Of a stretch of 32,000 nucleotides of DNA, positions 25,481-32,000 are shown piece after piece; the stretch's first letter is position 1, and each line of letters begins with the position of its first letter. Source of the DNA: Moraxella nasicaprae (GTDB lineage Bacteria > Pseudomonadota > Gammaproteobacteria > Pseudomonadales > Moraxellaceae); the NCBI RefSeq assembly GCF_025643275.1, contig NZ_CP089977.1, forward strand, positions 1,620,001-1,652,000, in the 5' to 3' direction. The position numbers and the translations under genes are program-made. Under the pieces are notes generated by a model. That model was not told where the DNA came from. It saw nothing but the letters and a program-made list of their open reading frames with translations, and searched no databases.

Positions 25481-26206
25481 ATGAACATACAGACACTGTG
25501 GCGACATACACCCATCACTTTGATTTTATTGATAATTTTTGTATTATCGGCAGTCATTCAATGGATTTTTGGGGTCAGTATTGACAATCCAAGCAATCGG
25601 GATTTGGTGCGTTTTGGGGCAAATTTTTTACCGCTTTCTTTGACCTATGAACCATGGCGACTCATCAGCAGTGGCTTTTTGCACATTGGTATCATTCATC
25701 TGTTGTTCAATAGTTTTGCGATGTATTATTTTGGGCAAGCAGGCGAGCTGATTTTTGGTCGATGGCAATTTTTGCTGATATTTTTATGGTCAGTGATTGG
25801 TGGTAGTTGTTTGACATTATTGGTGACTTGGTGGCAAATACAGGCAGGCGGGCAAGCGATTGTGAGTGCAGGAGCGTCTGGTGGCATCATGGGGCTTGGT
25901 ATGGCGATATTGATGGCGGCTTGGCTAAAAACTTGGCAAGCAAGATACATCAGCATCAAACATCTGGCGATGGTGATGGGGCTAAACCTAGTGATGGGAT
26001 TTGCGGTTGATGGTGTGGATAATGCAGGACATATAGGCGGTCTTTTGGTCGGCGGCTTGCTTGGTGTGGCGTTTGCATTACAACATAAAAAGCACAATGA
26101 GCAGCGTGGATTGCCATATTTTTGGGCAGTATCATTGGTGCTGTTGATGGTGTTTACAGGATTTTGGTGGGTGTTGCAAGGCGAGATGATGGTATTGCTA
26201 TCTTAG
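25481..26206 (+). CDS. rhomboid-family intramembrane serine protease
   Basis: Six TM helices, catalytic GASGGIMG (Ser) and AGHIGGLLVG (His) motifs. Start is ambiguous: 25436 is the longest ORF, while 25481 (MNIQTLW...) is favoured because a -10-like element overlaps 25436. Confidence 0.8.
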   Translation: MNIQTLWRHTPITLILLIIFVLSAVIQWIFGVSIDNPSNRDLVRFGANFLPLSLTYEPWRLISSGFLHIGIIHLLFNSFAMYYFGQAGELIFGRWQFLLIFLWSVIGGSCLTLLVTWWQIQAGGQAIVSAGASGGIMGLGMAILMAAWLKTWQARYISIKHLAMVMGLNLVMGFAVDGVDNAGHIGGLLVGGLLGVAFALQHKKHNEQRGLPYFWAVSLVLLMVFTGFWWVLQGEMMVLLS

Positions 26207-26297
26207 TTTATCCATGCAGGTGCTGTGGCTATTGCATTTTTTAATGGGGGTATTAAAAAATTTCAATAACGCTTGGCGTCTTTTTAAAAATAACTTC

Positions 26298-26306
26298 TGC
26301 TATAAT
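26298..26306 (+). promoter_or_regulatory. candidate extended -10 element (TGCTATAAT) for cydABX
   Basis: Perfect TGnTATAAT about 175 nt upstream of the cydA start. Confidence 0.45.
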
Positions 26307-26478
26307 GCCTGTCAAGATTTGTCAATCTTTGGATAAAATCTGAACAGATTTATCACATGATTTAGGGCAAGTCATCAGTAATATATTAGCATAACTGCGT
26401 CATCAGGGACTAAGAGCCTTTGGCTTGGGATTTCTGGTGGCGTTTTTTATTGGCTTTCTGTGCATAGGGGGTCTTGGT

Positions 26479-28074
26479 GTGATTACAGAATATTTGGTCG
26501 ATATTTCTCGGTTGCAGTTTGCTGTTACGGCATTGTTTCATTTTTTATTTGTGCCTTTGACGCTTGGCATGACTTGGCTGTTGGTCATCATGGAGGCGGT
26601 TTATCTGACCACAGGTAAGCAGATTTGGAAAGATATGACCCGTTTTTGGGGTAAGTTATTTGGCATCAACTTTGTACTTGGTGTCACAACAGGCATCACG
26701 ATGGAGTTTCAGTTTGGGACAAACTGGGCGTATTATTCACATTATGTGGGCGATATTTTTGGTGCACCGCTTGCCATTGAGGGATTGATGGCGTTCTTTT
26801 TGGAATCAACGATGGTGGGGCTGTTTTTCTTTGGCTGGGATAAGATGTCTCGCTTGCAGCATTTTGTTACGACTGTCTTGATGGCGTTGGGTACAAGTTT
26901 GTCAGCCTTGTGGATTTTGGTGGCAAATGGCTGGATGCAAAACCCTGTGGGAGCGGAGTTCAACTACCAAACCATGCGTATGGAGATGGTGAGTTTTGCA
27001 CAGATTTTCTTTAATCCTGATGCTCAAAATAAATTCGTCCACACAGTATCAGCAGGCTATGTGACAGGTGCATCATTTGTGCTTGGCGTGTCAGCATGGT
27101 ATCTGCTAAAAAATCGTGATGTGGCGTTTGCCAAACGCAGTTTTCATGTGGCGGCGGCGTTTGGATTTGCAGCGATTTGTAGCACGATTGTTTTGGGTGA
27201 TGAGTCGGGTTACTCTATCGGACACGCCCAGCAGACCAAATTGGCAGCCATTGAGGCGATGTGGGAAACAGAGCCTGCCCCAGCCAGTTTTAACATTATT
27301 GCTGGTATTAACGAACAAGAGCAAAAAAACGACTGGGTGGTGCATATCCCTTATGCGATGGGTATTATCGGTACTCGCTCGCTGGATAAGGAAATTTTGG
27401 GCATTCATGACATCAAAAAAATCAATGAAGCTCGTATCAAAAATGGTATGACTGCCGTCAGTCTGCTGGATAAAATGCGTGCAGATAAGGCAGCAGGTAT
27501 TGAGCCATCAACACAGACGATTGCCCAATTTGAACAAGTCAAAGAGGACTTGGGTTTTGGTTTGTTGCTAAAAAAATACACAGACGATATGAGTCAGGTA
27601 ACACCGCAAATGATTGCTCAGGCGGTTGATGATAGCATTCCTGGTGTTACGCCAATGTTTTGGACATTTCGTGTGATGGTGGGCATGGGAATGTTGATGC
27701 TGACCTTATATGCTTTATGTTTATTCTTTGTGCTAAAAGGCAATTTTGCTCATAAAAAATGGCTTTTAAGATTTGCTCTCATGATGATTCCCGCTCCATG
27801 GATTGCCATTGAGGCAGGGTGGTTTGTGGCTGAATATGGTCGTCAGCCATGGACGGTTTATGGGGTGTTACCAACCCATCTGTCGGTATCCAATATTGAT
27901 GTAAATCAAGTGTTATGGTCTCTGGCGGGTTTTGTGGCATTTTATACGATTTTGTTCATCATTGAGATGACGCTGATGATTAAATATGTGCGTCTAGGCC
28001 CAGCCAGTCTTGGCACAGGCAGATATGATGGCGAACAAAAAACCGCACTCATCAATGCAGATGTGAGCAACTAA
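26479..28074 (+). CDS. cydA: cytochrome bd ubiquinol oxidase subunit I
   Basis: The N-terminus aligns with E. coli CydA (..SRLQFAVTALFHFLFVPLTLGM..). Q-loop region present. The GTG at 26479 lies 7 nt after GGGGG and gives the canonical length. The track start TTG at 26425 would add 18 hydrophobic residues. Confidence 0.9.
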   Translation: MITEYLVDISRLQFAVTALFHFLFVPLTLGMTWLLVIMEAVYLTTGKQIWKDMTRFWGKLFGINFVLGVTTGITMEFQFGTNWAYYSHYVGDIFGAPLAIEGLMAFFLESTMVGLFFFGWDKMSRLQHFVTTVLMALGTSLSALWILVANGWMQNPVGAEFNYQTMRMEMVSFAQIFFNPDAQNKFVHTVSAGYVTGASFVLGVSAWYLLKNRDVAFAKRSFHVAAAFGFAAICSTIVLGDESGYSIGHAQQTKLAAIEAMWETEPAPASFNIIAGINEQEQKNDWVVHIPYAMGIIGTRSLDKEILGIHDIKKINEARIKNGMTAVSLLDKMRADKAAGIEPSTQTIAQFEQVKEDLGFGLLLKKYTDDMSQVTPQMIAQAVDDSIPGVTPMFWTFRVMVGMGMLMLTLYALCLFFVLKGNFAHKKWLLRFALMMIPAPWIAIEAGWFVAEYGRQPWTVYGVLPTHLSVSNIDVNQVLWSLAGFVAFYTILFIIEMTLMIKYVRLGPASLGTGRYDGEQKTALINADVSN

Positions 28075-28084
28075 GGGGCGTTAG

Positions 28085-29224
28085 ATGTTATTTGATTATG
28101 AAGTTTTAAAGCTGATTTGGTGGGCTTTGGTCGGAATTTTGTTGGTGGGTTTTGCCATCATGGGTGGGCAGGATATGGGCATTTGCTCGCTGTTGCCATT
28201 TGTGGGCAAAGATGACACCGAAAGACGAGTCATCATCAATACCATTGGGGCACATTGGGAAGGTAATCAGGTTTGGTTCATTACCGCAGGTGGGGCGATT
28301 TTTGCCGCTTTTCCTTTGATTTATGCCACAGCATTTAGCGGATTTTATTGGGCATTGATGGCGGCATTGTGGGCGATGTTCTTTAAGCCTGTGGGTTTTA
28401 AATATCGCAGCATGATAAAAAATGACGCTTGGCGAAATGCGTGGGATTGGCTGCTATTTGTCGGTTCTGTCGTGCCTGCCGTGATTTTTGGTGTGGCATT
28501 TGGCAACTTACTGCTTGGTGTGCCGTTTGGGTTTGATGAGTATTTGGTTTCTCGCTATACAGGCAGTTTTTGGGAATTATTAAGTCCGTTTGCTTTATTG
28601 TGCGGTTTGGTCAGTTTTTGTATGATTGCCGTGCAGGGCGGTACATTCTTGGCACATCGCACTTTGGACGATATTCAACACAGAGCCATCAAACTAAGTC
28701 AGTTGTTTGCCGTATTGTTTGTGGCATTGTTTGTGCTGGCTGGGTTTTGGATAGTCAATCTGGACGGTTATCGTTTGCTGACGGCATTGGACGGTAATGC
28801 GATTTTGACACCGCTGGATAAGCAGGTCATGCTGGCAAAGGGTGCTTGGCTGGATAATTATCATGCCACACCACTGTTGTGGATTTTGCCAGTTTTGGGC
28901 GTGACTGGGGCGATTTTGACCATGATTTTATTGCAATATCGTCAGACGCTGTTGGCTTTTTTGGCATCAAGTTTGGCGATTTTGGGTACGGTGACGACCG
29001 CAGGCGTGGCAATGTTTCCTTTTATGATGCCATCATCTAGCCACCCAAATATGAGTTTGACGCTGTATGATAGTGTATCATCGCACTTAACTTTGATGAT
29101 TATGTTGTTTGTGGTGGTATTTTTATTGCCTATGGTGGTGACTTATACCAGCTGGGGCTATGCGGTAATGCGTGGTAAAGTGACCAAAGCATACATTCAA
29201 GAAAATGAGAAATCACTGTACTAA
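28085..29224 (+). CDS. cydB: cytochrome bd ubiquinol oxidase subunit II
   Basis: 379 aa. The N-terminus MLFDYEVLKLIWWALVGILLVGFAIMGGQDMG is collinear with E. coli CydB. Confidence 0.92.
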   Translation: MLFDYEVLKLIWWALVGILLVGFAIMGGQDMGICSLLPFVGKDDTERRVIINTIGAHWEGNQVWFITAGGAIFAAFPLIYATAFSGFYWALMAALWAMFFKPVGFKYRSMIKNDAWRNAWDWLLFVGSVVPAVIFGVAFGNLLLGVPFGFDEYLVSRYTGSFWELLSPFALLCGLVSFCMIAVQGGTFLAHRTLDDIQHRAIKLSQLFAVLFVALFVLAGFWIVNLDGYRLLTALDGNAILTPLDKQVMLAKGAWLDNYHATPLLWILPVLGVTGAILTMILLQYRQTLLAFLASSLAILGTVTTAGVAMFPFMMPSSSHPNMSLTLYDSVSSHLTLMIMLFVVVFLLPMVVTYTSWGYAVMRGKVTKAYIQENEKSLY

Positions 29225-29244
29225 TCATCAAGACATTGGAGAAT

Positions 29245-29370
29245 ATGATGTGGTATTTTGCGTGGATATTAGGCTTGGGATTTGCCGTGCTTTTGGCGAT
29301 TTTGAGTGCGGTTTGGGCGGAGTTTGAAGACGATCGCAATCGTGCTTTTGGTCAAGATGAGCAATCTTAA
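29245..29370 (+). CDS. cydX: cytochrome bd oxidase small subunit CydX (absent from the ORF track)
   Basis: GGAGAA SD. Hand translation: MMWYFAWILGLGFAVLLAILSAVWAEFEDDRNRAFGQDEQS. The MWYFAWILG start is the same as E. coli CydX. One TM helix. 20 nt after cydB. Confidence 0.8.
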   Translation: MMWYFAWILGLGFAVLLAILSAVWAEFEDDRNRAFGQDEQS

Positions 29371-29391
29371 TCATCAATCCTAGAATTGATA

Positions 29392-29427
29392 AAAACACCC
29401 AGACTGATGAGTTTGGGTGTTTTTTTG
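29392..29427 (+). terminator. rho-independent terminator after cydX
   Basis: Stem AACACCCAGAC (29394-29404) pairs with GTTTGGGTGTT (29411-29421), followed by a T-run. Confidence 0.8.
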
Positions 29428-29482
29428 TAAGAATTGGGCAAGAAAAATAACCAAAAATAATCATTGTTTGGACGATTGTTTT

Positions 29483-29491
29483 TGATAAAAT
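29483..29491 (+). promoter_or_regulatory. candidate extended -10 element (TGATAAAAT) for dsbD
   Basis: TGnTAAAAT lies about 35 nt upstream of the ATG at 29526. Confidence 0.35.
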
Positions 29492-29525
29492 ATGCCATTT
29501 GGATAATCAATTAAGAATAATCATC

Positions 29526-31646
29526 ATGAAAAAAACAGCATTGGCTATACTGACCGCCTTAACCATGGCGGGTGGTGTTTATGGTGTGCCAGCACAGGCA
29601 ACCAGCTTGTCGTCTTTATTTGGACAAAATCCTGCCCAAAAATTTCTGCCTGTCCATCAGGCATTTGGAGTGACTTTGGAGCAGTCTGGCGATGTACTGA
29701 CTGCACGATTTAAAGTGACGCCAGAGCATTATATTTATAAAGATAAATTATCTCTAAAATTACCTGAGGGCGTATCCGCAGGCGAGTGGCAATTTGACCA
29801 AAATGCCAGCTGGGTTGAAGACCCAAGTTTTGGGCGTGTGGCGGTTTTTGAGAAAGATTTTACTGCCAGCATTCGCCTAAATAGCAAACAAAATATCAGC
29901 GAGCAGGCATCACTTCGTTGGCAAGGCTGTGCCAAGGCGGGACTGTGTTATCCGCCAGAAAACACCACCGTTGGGCTAAATCTGACCGCTCAATCTGCCA
30001 ATGCTGCAAGCGACAAAGCCAAAACGGACAAAAAAGCCGTTCAGACAGACAAAGCGGAGAAAGGCACAAAGGCTGATAAAGGTACATCAAGCGATAAAGC
30101 AGAAAGCACTGCCACAACCAACCAAGCCAATCAAACCGCTGCACAGGCATCTGGCAAGCAATCATCAAAAGCGGTTGATTTTATCCCTGCCAAGCAAGAT
30201 GAGCAAGCCGAGCAATCTGCCTCCAAGACAGACAATCAATCAGCCAGCGATGACAAACAGCAGTCATCTGCGGTAGATGCGTCTGAAAATACAAATGCTG
30301 ATGACGCTTCTACCACCAATCCAAGCGATATAACCAAGCAAACATCAGATGGCACGCCTGTTGCCAATGCGGTTGATATGAATGCGACTGGTGGCTATCC
30401 GCTCAATCATGCGTTGCCAGCAATGGAGAGCCATCAGACCAATCCAATCTTGATGGTGGGGTTGTTATTTTTGGCTGGTTTGTTGCTTGCATTCACACCG
30501 TGTATCTATCCAATGGTGCCGATTGTTGCCAATATTGTTGCACAAGGCGATAAACAGCAAAGTGCTAAGCGTGGTTTTGCACTATCAGCCGCTTATGGCG
30601 TGGGTGTTGCGACCGCTTACGGGGTGCTGGGTGCAGCGATTGCGTGGTTTGGTCAGGCATTGGGTATTGCTGGTTGGTTCCAAAGACCTGCTGTATTGAT
30701 TGGTGCAGCAGCATTATTTGTGCTATTTGCCCTGATGATGGCAGGCTGGGTGGAGATTCGTTTGCCTGCCAAGATTAGCCACGCCTTGCAGTCAAAATCT
30801 CAGGCGGCTGATGATAAGCTGGGCAGTTTGTCGGGCAGTTTTTTAGCAGGTGCTTTATCTGCTTTGGTGGTATCGCCTTGCGTATCAGCACCGATGGCAG
30901 GTGCATTGACCGCAGTATCAGTCAGCGGTAATGTGATTTTTGGTTTCTTGGCGTTATTTGCACTAGGGCTTGGCATGTCTGTACCTTTGATGATGATGGG
31001 GGCAGCACAGGGCAGATTTATGCCCAAAGCAGGTGCTTGGATGGTCAAGGTTCGAGAATTTGGTGCGTTACTATTGCTGGGTGTGGCACTGCTTTTGGTG
31101 GAGCGAGTTTTGCTATCGCCTGCAATGCTTGTGCTGTGGGCGGTATGGTTTGCGGTTGTGGCGATTTGGCTATACAAAATTGGCAAACCGATGTTCAAGC
31201 TACTGGCGATTTTGCCAGCAATTTGGGCAGGTTGTTTGCTTTATGGGGCAAGTCAAGGGTCTAGCAATGCATGGCAGCCACTCAAATCTACTGAAAAAAC
31301 CCAACATCAACAAGCCTATCCTGACATTCATGCTACTTCATTAGCACAGCTTGATGTGGTGCTGGCAAGCCGAGAAAAAGCGCTGGTCGATGTGACCGCT
31401 GAGTGGTGTGTCGAATGTCGTATCATGGAGCGAACTTTATTCACCAACCGTCCTGCGGCATTGGCAGACTATCAGGTGGTCAAGCTGGACATCACTGAGA
31501 CAACAGAAGACAGTCGTGCCATCTTGGCTCGCTATCAGTTGTTTGGACCACCTGCATTGCTGATTTATCAACAAGGCACATTAAAGCAAGTCTTGCTTGG
31601 CGAAACCAAACGAGAGGATTTTGAGCAAGCACTTAGCCAGCCTTGA
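29526..31646 (+). CDS. dsbD: thiol:disulfide interchange protein DsbD, with a long low-complexity insertion
   Basis: Signal peptide MKKTALAILTALTMAGGVYGVPAQA. Alpha-domain Cys pair WQGCAKAGLCYPP. TM Cys FTPCIYPMVP and VSPCVSAPMAG. Thioredoxin-like gamma domain AEWCVECR. The track start at 29499 is TTG. Confidence 0.9.
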   Translation: MKKTALAILTALTMAGGVYGVPAQATSLSSLFGQNPAQKFLPVHQAFGVTLEQSGDVLTARFKVTPEHYIYKDKLSLKLPEGVSAGEWQFDQNASWVEDPSFGRVAVFEKDFTASIRLNSKQNISEQASLRWQGCAKAGLCYPPENTTVGLNLTAQSANAASDKAKTDKKAVQTDKAEKGTKADKGTSSDKAESTATTNQANQTAAQASGKQSSKAVDFIPAKQDEQAEQSASKTDNQSASDDKQQSSAVDASENTNADDASTTNPSDITKQTSDGTPVANAVDMNATGGYPLNHALPAMESHQTNPILMVGLLFLAGLLLAFTPCIYPMVPIVANIVAQGDKQQSAKRGFALSAAYGVGVATAYGVLGAAIAWFGQALGIAGWFQRPAVLIGAAALFVLFALMMAGWVEIRLPAKISHALQSKSQAADDKLGSLSGSFLAGALSALVVSPCVSAPMAGALTAVSVSGNVIFGFLALFALGLGMSVPLMMMGAAQGRFMPKAGAWMVKVREFGALLLLGVALLLVERVLLSPAMLVLWAVWFAVVAIWLYKIGKPMFKLLAILPAIWAGCLLYGASQGSSNAWQPLKSTEKTQHQQAYPDIHATSLAQLDVVLASREKALVDVTAEWCVECRIMERTLFTNRPAALADYQVVKLDITETTEDSRAILARYQLFGPPALLIYQQGTLKQVLLGETKREDFEQALSQP

Positions 31647-31654
31647 TGACCAAC

Positions 31655-31687
31655 AAAAAACCACGCAATATTGGCGTGGTTTTTTTC
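31655..31687. terminator. bidirectional terminator after dsbD
   Basis: Stem CCACGC (31661-31666) pairs with GCGTGG (31674-31679), with A6 before and T7 after. Confidence 0.75.
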
Positions 31688-32000
31688 ATGTTGATGATGT
31701 GTTTTTGATTCAAAATCAAATGGCTGTATTTTTAAGCAGGGCTGGGAGTGTGTTTTTTTGTGCGTACCTGATGTTAATTTGGGTTGATTGAAATTAATAC
31801 CCTCATCTTTTTTGGGTGCAAAAGACTGACAATGTTTATCCATCTTAGCATCATTGCCACGAACTGATGATTTTTGTTTTGGTCGGACTGGTTAATAAGC
31901 GAAGCGATAAAATATCCCAAGACAGACTTACCATCAAACCAAACCGCCAAAACAATCAATTTTCAATCAGATGAATCTTATCATCATGATTTGTCAGAAG

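Noticed and set aside
26425-26478. In-frame hydrophobic 18-residue extension of CydA from TTG 26425 (MGFLVAFFIGFLCIGGLG).
   Set aside because: The alignment to E. coli CydA begins at the GTG at 26479, which has a better-spaced GGGGG SD. I cannot exclude the longer form without proteomic or homology evidence.
31774-31959. 61-aa minus-strand ORF (TTG start) in the terminal intergenic region.
   Set aside because: No SD, a non-ATG start and no recognisable motif. It overlaps the candidate sRNA promoter and is more likely non-coding.
1-32000. Searched by eye for CRISPR-like regularly spaced repeats, IS or transposon inverted repeats, phage or integrase genes, toxin-antitoxin pairs and known defence-system signatures.
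   Set aside because: None found. The only exact repeats noticed are the 23-bp in-frame repeat at 13184/13274 and short promoter-like or regulatory motifs.

Overview
This window looks like ordinary core chromosome from a moderately AT-rich gammaproteobacterium. Gene content and synteny suggest Moraxellaceae (Moraxella-like), but that is inference only. Nearly all of it is explained by recognisable housekeeping genes. In order: a DUF2789-like ORF, mdh and slt (minus strand); a small secreted protein; miaB; a type IV pilus assembly cluster (pilM-pilN fused, then pilO, pilP, pilQ) followed by aroK, aroB, a SPOR/DamX-like protein, a beta-carbonic anhydrase and gloA; tRNA-Arg(CCG); cytochrome c5; a yadG/yadH-like ABC-2 transporter; queF; a POT peptide transporter; a MerR-family metal sensor; an AraC regulator with an AhpD-like protein and a periplasmic rhodanese; a TonB-dependent receptor; a rhomboid protease; cydA, cydB, cydX; and dsbD. 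I see no transposase, integrase, phage gene, CRISPR array or recognisable defence system, and no large novel multi-gene system. The most interesting item is a 41-codon ORF that is too short for the supplied ORF track. It encodes a peptide with 10 Cys in 41 residues (metallothionein-like) and is transcribed divergently from the MerR-family sensor through a 19-bp-spacer MerR-type promoter, with no efflux pump nearby. Secondary items are the covalent PilM-PilN fusion, the AraC/AhpD-like/rhodanese module with phased repeats, terminator-like leaders upstream of the peptide transporter and the Cys-rich ORF, a Fur-like box at the receptor promoter, long low-complexity linkers in several envelope proteins, and one weak sRNA candidate. 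All coordinates and translations were read by hand. Family assignments rest on motif recognition, not database searches.
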